Assembly (NCBI GenBank): GCA_012295275.1
Contig: CM022668.1
Location: 10,044,001 to 10,108,000, forward strand
Length of the DNA stretch: 64,000 nucleotides
Reading direction: 5' to 3'
From: Chrysomallon squamiferum
Lineage: Eukaryota; Animalia; Mollusca
Part shown: piece after piece, positions 26,640-52,220 of the stretch
Layout: each line of letters begins with the position of its first letter
Numbering within the stretch: the first letter of the stretch is position 1
The notes under the pieces: generated by a model
Databases searched by the model: none
What the model saw: the letters and a program-made list of their open reading frames with translations, nothing else
Told to the model about the DNA's origin: nothing
Program-made: the position numbers and the translations under genes

Positions 26640-28125
26640 AATTGTGGTAATAGTAGCAGTAGTAGCAGCAGTAGTAGAAGTTGTATAGTAATAGTACTTG
26701 TAGAGAAAGTAGCAGTAGTAGTAGTAAATTGTATAGTAATAGTAGAAAGTTTAGCAGCAGTAGTAGTAGTTGTAGTAGTAATAGTAGTTTGTAGAGAAAG
26801 TAGTAGTAGTAGTAGTAGTAGTTGTATAGTAATAGTAGTTGTAGAGAAAGTAGTAGCAGTAGTAGTAGTAGTTGTATAGTAATAGTAGTTGTAGAGAGAA
26901 AGTAGTAGCAGCAGTAGTAGTAGTTGTATAGTAAAAGTAGTTGTAGAGAAAGTAGTAGCAGTAGTAGAAGTTGTATAGTAATAGTAAAAGTAGTAGTAAA
27001 GTAGTAGCAGCAGTAGTAGTAGTAGTAAGTTGTATAGTAATAGTAGTTGTAGAGAAAGTAGTAGCAGCAGTAGTAGAAGTTGTATAGTAATAGTAGTTGT
27101 AGAGAAAGTAGTAGCAGCAGTAGTAGAAGTTGTATAGTAATAGTAGTTGTAGAGAAAGTAGTAGCAGCAGTAGTAGAAGTTGTATAGTAATAGTACTTGT
27201 AGAGAAAAATAGTAGTAGCAGTAGTAGAAGTTGTATAGTAATAGTACTTGTAGAGAAAGTAGTAGAAGCAGTAGTAGAAGTTGTATAGTAATAGTACTTG
27301 TAGAGAAAGTAGTAGCAGCAGTAGTAGTTGTAGTTGTAGTAATAGTACTTGTAGAGAAAGTAGTAGCAGCAGTAGTAGAAGTTGTATAGTAATAGTAATA
27401 GTACTTGTAGAGAAAGTAGTAGCAGCAGTAGTAGAAGTTGTATAGTAATAGTAGTTGTAGAGAAAGTAGTAGCAGTAGTAGTAGAAGTTGTATAGTAATA
27501 GTAGTTGTAGAGAAAGTAGTAGCAGCAGTAGTAGAAGTTGTATAGTAATAGTACTTGTAGAGAAAGTAGTAGCAGCAGTAGTAGAAGTTGTATAGTAATA
27601 GTACTTGTAGAGAAAGTAGTAGCAGCAGTAGTAGAAGTTGTATAGTAAAAGTACTTGTAGAGAAAGTAGTAGCAGCAGTAGTAGTAGTAGTTGTATAGTA
27701 ATAGTAGTTGTAGAGAAAGTAGTAGCAGCAGTAGTAGAAGTTGTATAGTAATAGTAGTTGTAGAGAAAGTAGTAGCAGCAGTAGTAGAAGTTGTATAGTA
27801 ATAGTAGTTGTAGAGAAAGTAGTAGCAGCAGTAGTAGAAGTTGTATAGTAATAGTAGTTGTAGAGAAAGTAGTAGCAGCAGTAGTAGTAGAGTTGTATAG
27901 TAATAGTAGTTGTAGAGAAAGTAGTAGCAGCAGTAGTAGAAGTTGTATAGTAATAGTACTTGTAGAGAAAGTAGTAGCAGCAGTAGTAGAAGTTGTATAG
28001 TAATAATAGTAGTTGTAGAGAAAGTAAAGTAGCAGCAGTAGTAGTAGTAGTAGAAGTAGTAGTATAGTAAAGTAATAGTAGTTGTAGAGAAAGTAGTAGC
28101 AGCAGTAGTAGAAGTTGTATAGTAA
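26640..28125. repeat. 50-bp minisatellite, roughly 29 units, built from AGT-like triplets, in intron 1 of gene A
   Basis: AGAGAAAGTAGTAGCAGCAGTAGTAGAAGTTGTATAGTAATAGTAGTTGT recurs at 27051, 27101, 27151 and onward. Confidence 0.95.
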
Positions 28126-28419
28126 TATTAGTATCTCTTACCTGAAATCACATTAATAATAAAACACAGAAACACTGTAAAAAAACACAAGTCATTCCGT
28201 GAACACATCGCCATCGTTCAGTCTCTGTCAAGCAGCAAGTAGAGATTTCATTAGATAACAGAGAGAGTGGACTGTTACACAAACAGGTTTTCTACATGAA
28301 GTGTCTAAATAAAGAATATAATAAAATAGCTCGTAATATCTCAAGCGTAATGATTGTTATGTATATCTAGATTAGACTGTCATTGTTGTTATTATTCTTA
28401 ACTTGCTCAGATAGGAATA

Positions 28420-28595
<176 letters not shown>

Positions 28596-28845
28596 CACTC
28601 TCTCTCTCTGTCTGTCTTTCTATCTATCTATCTCTTTTGAAATTATATTTAAATGAAGCTACTGAACTGTAAACGAGTGTTTATGATGAAAACGTAGAGT
28701 GTAAATGGATGCTTCAGACCATGGAAAGAAAGAAAATTATATTTCTCAAACATATTTCTACACTGAATATAACCTGTGTGTGTGTGTCTGCATAATTAAG
28801 TTATGTGTCTATCTTGTATAAATATATCAATGTATGTGTGTGTGT

Positions 28846-28895
<50 letters not shown>

Positions 28896-29383
28896 TTCGA
28901 TGTATTTGAGTGCAATCGCGTGTGTACCTGTCTGTAGACATAAAAATGTCAGATTATATTACATCTGTATATGCATGTTTCTGTACTCTTGCAGCAGTGT
29001 TTTAACTATATATTTATTCATTCAAGTGTTCCTTGTTTGACCTGTGTTATTAGATGAGTCAGTTGAAATATTCACAGTGTATGTATCTCGTCTCTTCTCG
29101 TGTTCATACATGCGTCTACAGATATAAATGTGTACGTTTCTTGTTTCAGTAGAATGTTGCATGCTTATATTTGTCTTCTGTGTTTCTAATCATTTAGTTA
29201 TTTATTTGTTTGTTTGTTTGTTATTGTTGTTTTTTTTCTTTTCGTAATCTACTTTTCAAATATATACGAAGCTTTTTATAACATTTTTTTTTCATTATTT
29301 TTTTTTTTTTTTTTTTTAATTAATTTATTTATTTATTTTTTTATTTTATTCTTTTTTATTTATTTATATTATTTATATTATAT

Positions 29384-29422
<39 letters not shown>

Positions 29423-29450
29423 ATTTTTTTTTTTAAAAAAAAGTATTTGT

Positions 29451-29665
29451 TGGTGTGGAGGAATCTAATCCTAAATCTACCACACATTACTGAACTTGAC
29501 GAGATCACTAACCACTGAGCCACACCAGATTATTTTATAAAGTAATCAACATTAAACATTTTATTTTCCTTTATTTTATTCTTTGGGAGGGTTTGGGGGC
29601 AATCAGTCGATGATCCTGTTACACTTCACATTGCTTGACGAGATCACTAACCACTGAGCTACACA
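29451..29665 (-). mobile_element. Two tRNA-like (SINE-head-like) relics upstream of gene B; one copy also at about 41790-41845
   Basis: Minus strand TGGCTCAGTGGTTAGTG and TAGCTCAGTGGTTAGTG (Pol III A-box-like); the first copy has a degenerate B-box GGATTAGATTCC. Confidence 0.35.
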
Positions 29666-29907
29666 AAATTATTTTATAAAATTATCAACATCAAACATTT
29701 CACTTTACTTTTCTTCTTTTACATATTAACTGCTGTACACGACGCTAGTGAAAATAATGTTTTGATTTCTATACCTGCTTTTGAAAACTGTCTGGTTACG
29801 CCCTGAAGTGTGTGTTTGTCATTCAATGTATATCTACACTTAACATTCACACTGCTTCCATTCAACCATTACATAAACACAGCCTTTTGTTTTGTGTTAT
29901 TATTATT

Positions 29908-29951
<44 letters not shown>

Positions 29952-30204
29952 ATATATATGTTATAATTCTTGTCTTCTTTTGTTGGCGTTTCTAATACTA
30001 ATATATTATATATTTGTTTTTCAAACAGACAGTCTAAAAATAAACTACCATCATTATATTAATCATGTAACTTTTTTAAACCAGTTTTACAAGTTATCTC
30101 TGTGTGACCTAGTTATTATTTTCTGTATCGGTGTGTACCTGTGTATCTACCTGTAACTATACTTCCTGCTTGACAGAAATGAAAAAGAAAGAAAGAAGAT
30201 AAAA
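29600..30204 (+). promoter_or_regulatory. Upstream region shared by genes B and C (copy at about 41785-42503), lying between divergent genes A and B
   Basis: Near-identical blocks precede both ATGs, including ACTTCCTG (ETS-like core) about 45 bp before the ATG. Regulatory role is inferred only. Confidence 0.45.
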
Positions 30205-38489
<8,285 letters not shown>

Positions 38490-38648
38490 TGTGCACAGCA
38501 TAATTTTTATAAAACCAGACATCTTACATGTTATGAGATCTGCAGTATATTAATTATTGTCCAAAAATTACTACTACCACTAATACTACAACTAATAGTA
38601 CTGATAATTATACTAATACTAATACTAATAGTACAACTGCTGCTGCTA

Positions 38649-38699
<51 letters not shown>

Positions 38700-38703
38700 A
38701 TAC

Positions 38704-38737
<34 letters not shown>

Positions 38738-38762
38738 TAATAATAATAAATAAATAATAGAC

Positions 38763-39035
38763 AAACCAAATCACACTGCTGAAATTACTTAGCACGGTTC
38801 CTAGGAACGTGTACATTATCACGTAACTGATATTACTGAACCATTCCTCTATATCATCATTTCTCTCTTCAAAAATGTTTTTAAGTTTTCTAAACTAATT
38901 GTCTAATTTACTGTTTGGAGTTATGAACATGGACTGTTCTTCGCCCACTTTTGTCTGAGATAATCAAAACGATCAGGAAGAAATCTTTTAGCGTGTTCAT
39001 CATTGAAATCAGTCAGTGTTCGATCTGTGAGAACT
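38763..39035 (-). pseudogene. Third, short copy of the gene fragment at 47780-48772
   Basis: ACCAAATCACACTGCTG...GTTCCTAGGAACGTGTACATTATCACGTAACTGATATTA...AGATAATCAAAACGATCA aligns with about 48299-48570. Confidence 0.8.
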
Positions 39036-39529
39036 TTTAATTTAATGATTATTAATAATTTGTTTACACATAACAGCTATATGTGCTACTAACTGCACAC
39101 AAAGAAAATAACTGCTGCCTATTTCTGAACAAAAGACTGAGTAGCTATCTCGCCTGGTTAAACGTACACAAAAAGTCACGTAAGAAAAAATAAAATAAAA
39201 AGATAATAATACTGATAACTGTTATTTAGTAAAATGTAATAATATCGAAATATGAGTTTACTTATATTCATGTCTTCTTTTTGTTTTAAAATATTGTTAC
39301 ACAGATGTATGTTATTTTATAAATACATACTCATATTTATCTGCCATTTAACCTTTTTTTTTTTTTTTTTTTTGGTATTGTTTATGTCATATTTTCGTCT
39401 TTTGTTTCTATTTTGATCAAAATACATATCTTCATCCATACATACCCATATATATATATATATATATATATAGATATAGATACATATATAAACATACATA
39501 TACATATATATATATATAAAAAACACCCT

Positions 39530-39575
<46 letters not shown>

Positions 39576-41507
39576 CCCATATACAAATCACTTACTGAAA
39601 CATAGATGCAAACTTTTATAAGACTGAGTAAACATTTCGACTGCTTGCAATTCGCCCAGAAATATTAATACTAAAACATGATACTGCAAATATATTTCGA
39701 CAAATGCAAATAATAATAATAATAATAATAATAATATATATATATATATATAAACAAATAAGAAAATATTCACTAGTAGTTAAATAAATAAAAAAATAGT
39801 AGTAAAAGTACACAAGTAGTAGTATTAGTAGTAGTAGCAGCAGCAGCAGTTGCAGTAATTGTAATAGTCTTATTAATAGTAACAGTAAGATTAATAGTGT
39901 TAAAAATTGTATAAATTGAAGTATTACTATTATGTGTTTCCTGAAACACCATTAGTAATAAAATACAGAAACATTGTTCTGAGAAATAATTCATTTCAGT
40001 ACCATGTCTTCATTCAAGATGTTCTGTGAAACACCTTTAGATATTTCATAAACTCTGTTGGCTGCTACACAAACAGTATTTGTTCTGCATCAGACATTGC
40101 AAATAAAACAGTTCCTATACTTAGTGTGTAACGCACACTTGTTTTGCATATCTAGATATACTATCATTATTCCTATGTATTATTTTTCTTATTCAGTTCA
40201 GAGGAACCTCACTGAATTTCAATAAACAACACACTCAGTTTATTTAAGTTGGCATCTTTGTGTAAATGTCACTAAACAAAATATAGACATTAACTACGTT
40301 TTCAATATTCATATTTAGTGTACCCGGAAGTAATTCGTTGTCTATGTGAGACTGATCTGGCACTGAAACTATTTCATAGATACAATCAGAAAGATAACTG
40401 TCGTGTACAAATCCAGGGTTATTCAACAGTTAAGATTATATTACTGAAATGTAAAAGAAAACAGTGTCTTTCTGTTGTCATGATTAAATGTTATCTATGA
40501 CAAGTTTTTTTTTTTTCAGTGTCTGTTAACTAAATGTAAGAAATCCGGGACAGCTTGGACCACCTAGCAATTAACAGTGTAGAAATAATTTTCATTGAGC
40601 TGTTTTTTGTATCTATTATTTTTTTAATTAGCCAGAACTTCCGCAGACATTATAATGCCATTTGAGATGCACGTGTCCCTAGCACTTTACATGCACGTGT
40701 TCCAAGCATTTGACATGCACGTGTTCCACGTGTTGCTAATGTTTGTGATACGGAATTCTGAAAATATTTAGAAATATGATTGCATCTGAACGACCTGGTA
40801 ATTGTTTGTCTGCAATGAACAGTTTAAAATAAACTGAATGTACACAGTCTCAGGCATTATGTTGTTTATTTATTTCGTATATCCATTTAGCATCTTTATA
40901 ATAATGAAACAGTTTTCTAATCCAATAGAGCCATTTTATGTTCTAAAGACAAATGCATCGGGTAGGTTGAGATAGTTTTGTTACGTGTCAAAAACATAAA
41001 TTGTTTTTTAAAAAATAACAAATCAGGGTATTACAAACATTTATGAATGCTCATATAAAATGAAAGTTTTATTTGAACAGCTTTCAGGATTTCTTTCTCG
41101 ATATGTGTTCTAGTTAGAGATTGAAATGTGTCCTAACCTCTCTGTTCTCCCACACACAGACTTCTTTTCTCTCTTTGTTCTGTTTATGGCTTCGCATGTT
41201 TAAGTGTGCTTTTGTGAACCTCGCTGTTTTGTATCCACGCGATTAGGTAGAAGTCACTTCAGTCATATATCCGTGGCCTGTGTTCGTATTTGTGTTCTCT
41301 GTGTGAGTGTCCTTTGTTATTCAGTGGGTCTGTTGAAACTGCATACATTATATGTGTCTCGTGTTTTAATATAGGCGTCGTATCAGTGTGCATGTGTGTT
41401 TGTGTATATGTGCGTCTGCATATATAAATGTGTGCTATTCATGTTTGTCAGCAGTGTTTTGTATGTTTATATGTATCTTCTGCTTTTCTTTTTATTTATT
41501 TATTTAC

Positions 41508-41627
<120 letters not shown>

Positions 41628-42165
41628 TTTGTTATTATTATGACAATGTACTATTCAAATATTTGCAAAGTATTTACATCTAAGCAGCTGGTCAGATGCT
41701 TTCTCTGAATATTTTTTTCATATTTGTTCTTTTCTGTTTGTTTTAATTTTATTTTATTTAATTGTTTGCGAGGGTTGGGGTTACTCAGTCGATGATTCTG
41801 TAACACTTTCCATTGCTTGACGAGATCACTAACCACTGAGCTACACAAAATTATTTTATAAAATGATCAACATCAAACATTTCACTTTACTTTTCTTCTT
41901 TTACATATTAACTGCTGTACACGACGCTAGTGAAAATAATGTTTTGATTTCTATACCTGCTTTTGAAAACTGTCTGGTTACGCCCTGAAGTGTGTCTTTG
42001 TCATTCAATGTATATCTACACTTAACATTCACACTGCTTCCATTCAACCATTACATTAACACACAGCAATTTGTTTTGTTTTATTTTTTTTTTTTTATTT
42101 TTTTTAATTTTTTTTTTCATTATTATTATTTCTTCTTTCTTCTTCTTCTATATATTCTTCTTTTT

Positions 42166-42196
<31 letters not shown>

Positions 42197-42503
42197 TTAT
42201 TATTATTATTATTATTATTATCATCATCATCATCATATACATATATACATTCTTCTTGTTGGTCTTTCTAATACTAATATATTGTATATTTTATTGAAAC
42301 AGACAGTCTAAACATAAACTACTATCATCAAATTAATCCTTTAACTAAACCGAACGTTTCCAAAATTAAAATTTTTAAACCAGTTTTACAAGTTATCTCT
42401 GTGTGACCTAGTTATTATTTTCTGTATCGGTGTGTACCTGTGTATCTACCTGTAACTATACTTCCTGCTTGACAGAAATCAAAAAAAAAGAAAGAAGATA
42501 AAA

Positions 42504-47406
<4,903 letters not shown>

Positions 47407-47779
47407 TGTGCACAATATAATTTTTAAGCATAAAAGAACTGAATACCACAACGAAATTTGACTGAATAAATATTAACTGAAGTTACTAAAAATGAAATAA
47501 CATCAAAAATCATGAAGAGTTAAACCTCACTAATAACAGATTATGAGACTTGTATTATATAATTTATTGTACAAAATGTATTACTAGCAGTAAAACTAAC
47601 AGTGTTAATAATGATAGTATTCTTAATGCTAATAAAATATTAATAATAATAATACAGGATGTTAGTATGAGTTTCTACTGGTACATATACATGACATGTA
47701 ACTGGTGTGGGTACAGAAGTAATAATAAGAAGAACAATAATAATAATACTAATACCACTATATTATTATGAGTTTCTAC

Positions 47780-48772
47780 TGGTACATGTAACTGGTGTGG
47801 GTACAAAAGTACTCCCGTGTTACGACTCTCTTCCTCGGTGAACATTTCTCGTAACATTCTCATCACTGGTGTGACACGTGTGTTTCTGTATGGAGTGTCT
47901 ACTGTAGACATCAGACCCACGTGTCTTCCTATCACTTGTTTATATTCACTGTCACTTTGAAAACCCTTCTTCATATCACTGACAGTTCTCCACCAGTACA
48001 ACAGTTTCTCATTGACATCGTCCTCAAGCATGAACACAACGTCGGCGTTGTCGTCAGACATTGTTGTGAAAAGCGTTGAAATTTTGTTCAGACATCTCGT
48101 TTGGTGTTTTAGAAAATCGCTGGTGATTTGACGAACCATTTTTTCATGTTCAGTTTAATGTTCGGCAATCCTGAGTGTCTAAAACTGAAAGCTTTCACTT
48201 TTCAACATAACTCCGTAGTAACGTTTAGGTTTAAATCGTCTGGTGATGTGATATGAAAACGTCTTAGAACCTGTTTTTTGTGACAAAGTTCCAGAGTAAC
48301 CAAATCACACTGCTGGAATTACTTAGCACTGTTCCTAGGAACGTGTACATTATCACGTAACTGATATTAGTGAACCATTTCTCTAAATCATCACTTCTCT
48401 CTTTAAAAGTGTTTTTCAATTTTCTAAAATAATTGTCTATCTTACAGTTACCAAATATAAACATGGGTTGTTTTTCGCCGTCTATTTCTGACAGATAATC
48501 AAAACGATCAAGAATAAATCTTTCAGCGTGTTCATCGCTGAAGTTAGTCAGTGTAGCATCTTTGAGAACTCTGTAGTATTCGTCAGGCGTTATTCTGTCT
48601 GCTTCGTAGTGTTTTGGTGGAAACTGGTATGCCTCAGTTTTCCAGTTGGGGAAATATTCATCTACAATTTTCAATGCTTCGTCTAGAAACACTCCAGTCT
48701 TTCCTCCTGCAACCTGAACTCTTTGAGGAAAGTCACAAAACACACGTGAGGTCATCCTTTAACAAATTTCAT
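47780..48772 (-). pseudogene. Interrupted coding region of uncertain family; tentatively resembles the N-terminal part of animal NERD-domain/SF1-helicase proteins
   Basis: Two protein-like ORFs (48264-48755 and 47675-48139) after an acceptor at 48773. Motifs DEHAERFILDRF..QPMFI and YKQVIGRHVGLMSTVDTP..VLLYPHQ; decays into short repeats after PHQ. Family assignment is from recall only. Confidence 0.4.
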
Positions 48773-49117
48773 CTGAAAATAAATACAGTTTTATTTGCAT
48801 AGTTAAATAGTATTTTATGCAGCAAAGACTTTATAATGCAACAGTAGTATATTTTAACATACATTAATCATAGGTGATAATATTTCAGTTTTAAATAATC
48901 TGTGCATTCAACAAGACGAGTAATAAATTAAAATACACATACATGTTCACGTATATTTTGGGCGCGTGTGTGTCTATGCGTTTCAGACACTAAATCATAG
49001 TCTTGTAGATAATGCATTTAAACTAGATTGGAAAATGTTTAGAGATTAATTTACGGAAAACTGGAAAATCTTCAAATTAATATTCGGCCTTTTAACTTAA
49101 TATTTAACGCTTCGCAC

Positions 49118-49155
<38 letters not shown>

Positions 49156-49330
49156 CAACAATAATGAACATAAATAACCAACATTTCTTACTTGTTCGTC
49201 TGTCTTTGAAACTAAAATCCAAATTAAATTATTTTTCTATTTGTTCTGATAAATGTTTTCATTACAATAAAACATCTCCAGACGTAGATGACGTCATTTA
49301 CTTCTTTTTTTTCTCCGTTACTGGTGAGCT

Positions 49331-49530
49331 NNNNNNNNNNNNNNNNNNNNNNNNNNNNNNNNNNNNNNNNNNNNNNNNNNNNNNNNNNNNNNNNNNNNNN
49401 NNNNNNNNNNNNNNNNNNNNNNNNNNNNNNNNNNNNNNNNNNNNNNNNNNNNNNNNNNNNNNNNNNNNNNNNNNNNNNNNNNNNNNNNNNNNNNNNNNNN
49501 NNNNNNNNNNNNNNNNNNNNNNNNNNNNNN
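49331..49530. other. Assembly gap (200 N)
   Basis: Run of n. Confidence 1.
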
Positions 49531-50162
49531 TGGTACTTCATATTGCCAGTTCATTGACCTTGAATGGATGGTTCAGAGACTGGTTGTTTGATTGTTTTAT
49601 CAGTCTGATTGAGAAGAAGACTGTGTGTAATTTACTAAACATTCTTCTGACGGAACTGTTAGCAGTAATATTTGGAGAAAGAGAACAACCAGAGACACAT
49701 GTAAATATGTTACACGATAAATGTGTTGCAAACACTCAGTAATAATAAGCCAAACTCATTTAAAGCATCTTGTTACAAACTGTTTAAATCCAGTACTGTG
49801 TTCAACACACAACTAAATAATCTCGAGAACAATTACTAGTTACCATTATTACAGTTTGACTGTCGAATCAGTACCGCCCCGTTTCTCTGTATGTAAAAAT
49901 ATTTGATGTGTATTCTTTTTTTAGACTAAGTACTACCATAACACTTGTTTTGTTATTTATTTATCTTATACACTGTACCTCAAATGTGTTGTGTAAATGT
50001 CAGAATGTAAGTAAAAAATCAAGAATAAATAATTTTGAATGAGTGAGAGAGTGAATGAAGGAATGAGGGACTGAGTTATTGAGTGAGTGAATGAATGAGA
50101 CAATGAGTCAAAGAGTGAATGAATGAACGAGAGAGAGTCAGCAACAGATCCAATTTTTGTTT

Positions 50163-50384
50163 TTCAATTACTGTGAACTAATAATAAATTAAACTAATAT
50201 ATTAATTTCACTACAGAGTCAATATGAACGCATATTCAATTACTGTGAACTAATTATAAATTAAACTAACTTATTAATTTCATTACAGAGTCAGTATGAA
50301 CACATATTCAATTACTGTGAACTAATTATATATTAAACTAACTTATTAATTTCACTACAGAGTCAGTATGAACACATATTCAAT
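50163..50384 (+). repeat. Three tandem 72-bp copies of a splice acceptor plus first codons
   Basis: TTAATTTCA(C/T)TACAG-AGTCA(A/G)TATGAAC with the acceptor AG ending at 50216, 50288 and 50360. Confidence 0.9.
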
Positions 50385-50875
50385 GTGATGGTTGAGATTG
50401 TCAAGTACGGACTGACCAGTATGTCTGTTTCTGACTACGTAGAAAGATATTCTAAAGAAAAATCTTCATTACTTATGGGCAAGAAGACTGTCAGGCAGCT
50501 GGCTCAGGTAACGAGTTTTCAGACTGAAATAAAATAAAATATTATAAAGTTATCTTGGTGAAATGAAATAGAATAATATAAAGTTATTTTGATGAAAATT
50601 TCAGACTGAATTGAAGTAAGATAATATATAGTTGTATTGATGTAGATTTCAGATTGAAATGAAAAAAGATTATAATGTTATCTTGATGATAAATGCATGA
50701 TGTTAAAATAACTGATTGAGGTTGTGAAAGTAATTTATTTTATAACTTTTTGACTGATATTGTGTTTATAAATTATAATTACTAATAGTACATTGAAGCA
50801 TGAACAAATACATATATTGACACACACACATACACACAGATATATATATATATATACACATATACAGAGAGAGAG

Positions 50876-50933
<58 letters not shown>

Positions 50934-51025
50934 GATTTATCATCTTTATTGTTAGTATCGTTATGAGTGGCATAATTATCATCACGATCATCATCACCAT
51001 TATCATTATCATCGTTATTATTATA

Positions 51026-51070
<45 letters not shown>

Positions 51071-51492
51071 GTAGATAATTGCAACTACAGACACTTCTCG
51101 TGCAGGTAATTATATGTTTATTGATCTCTGTATTTTCAAGTTGTAACTATAGCAACTGTTATTGTTTGTTGTCTTTTACGTTCTTTGTATTTCTGGTTTC
51201 TCTTAATCTTCGTTTTGTTCTTGTTCTGTTTTGCTGCTGAATTATTTTTATGTTTCACGCAGTTGTTATTATTATTGGTAACTCTGTTTTTTTTTTGTTT
51301 TTTTTTTTCATTTTTTTTTACTCATGTTCGTTTTTCATTTTCTCCGATTATACATAGATATTTATTTTGTTTAATTCTTTGTTCTTTGTTTGTGGGGTTG
51401 TATTTTGTTGGGATGGGTATATTTATGCTTTGGCTTGTCTCTATTTCTATTTTTTGTGTTCATTTTGACTTTTTTTATTATTTAATTATTCT

Positions 51493-51532
<40 letters not shown>

Positions 51533-52099
51533 CTCCCTTTTTGCGATCTTTATTTTTGTCTTTCGGTTTGAACGAAGAACGAAAGGGAGAAAGACTAAAG
51601 ATAAAAAGATTGAAAGAAGCAAATGAAAGATAGAAAACAATAAGAATAACAATATCAATAACAACAACAATAATAATAATAGTGATAATAATAATAATAA
51701 GAAGAACCAAGTGACAAAAGTAATAAAATGAAGTGTTTAAAAAGAGTAAATTAATACTTCAGATTAAAATATCAAGGATGGAATGACATAGACTGTCTGA
51801 GAAATAATGAAATAAAAAATAATTTTTTCTGAAAGTTAAGGAAATGTAATGTCTGATATAATGAGCTGTTTTATAATTATTTTATTTTATATATCAGGAA
51901 AGTTATTAAATAACAGACTGTGGGTGGACGGGAGAGAGGATTTGTTCGTGGTTGGTGCTCCTGTAAGTAAAACTTTTGTTTATCGTAGAAGATAAATAGA
52001 GGAATGGATAAATGGATAGGTATGCAGAAGTATAGAGTTTATGAGTCAGTAGCTAATAAATTCAATACACTGCAGATGCAATGCCTCAAAAAGGTATAC

Positions 52100-52139
<40 letters not shown>

Positions 52140-52173
52140 ATGTGTATGTATTTATAAAGATATGTAATTATGC

Positions 52174-52220
<47 letters not shown>

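Noticed and set aside
26640-28125. Regular repeat array as a CRISPR-like locus
   Set aside because: Units are contiguous with no unique spacers, no cas genes are present, and the context is a eukaryotic intron.
39995-40800. Exon-like fragments between genes B and C
   Set aside because: No consistent open frame or recognisable domain could be assembled by eye.
49164-49742. ORFs spanning the N gap
   Set aside because: Artefacts of translating Ns; the post-gap peptide shows no recognisable PTP or other motif.
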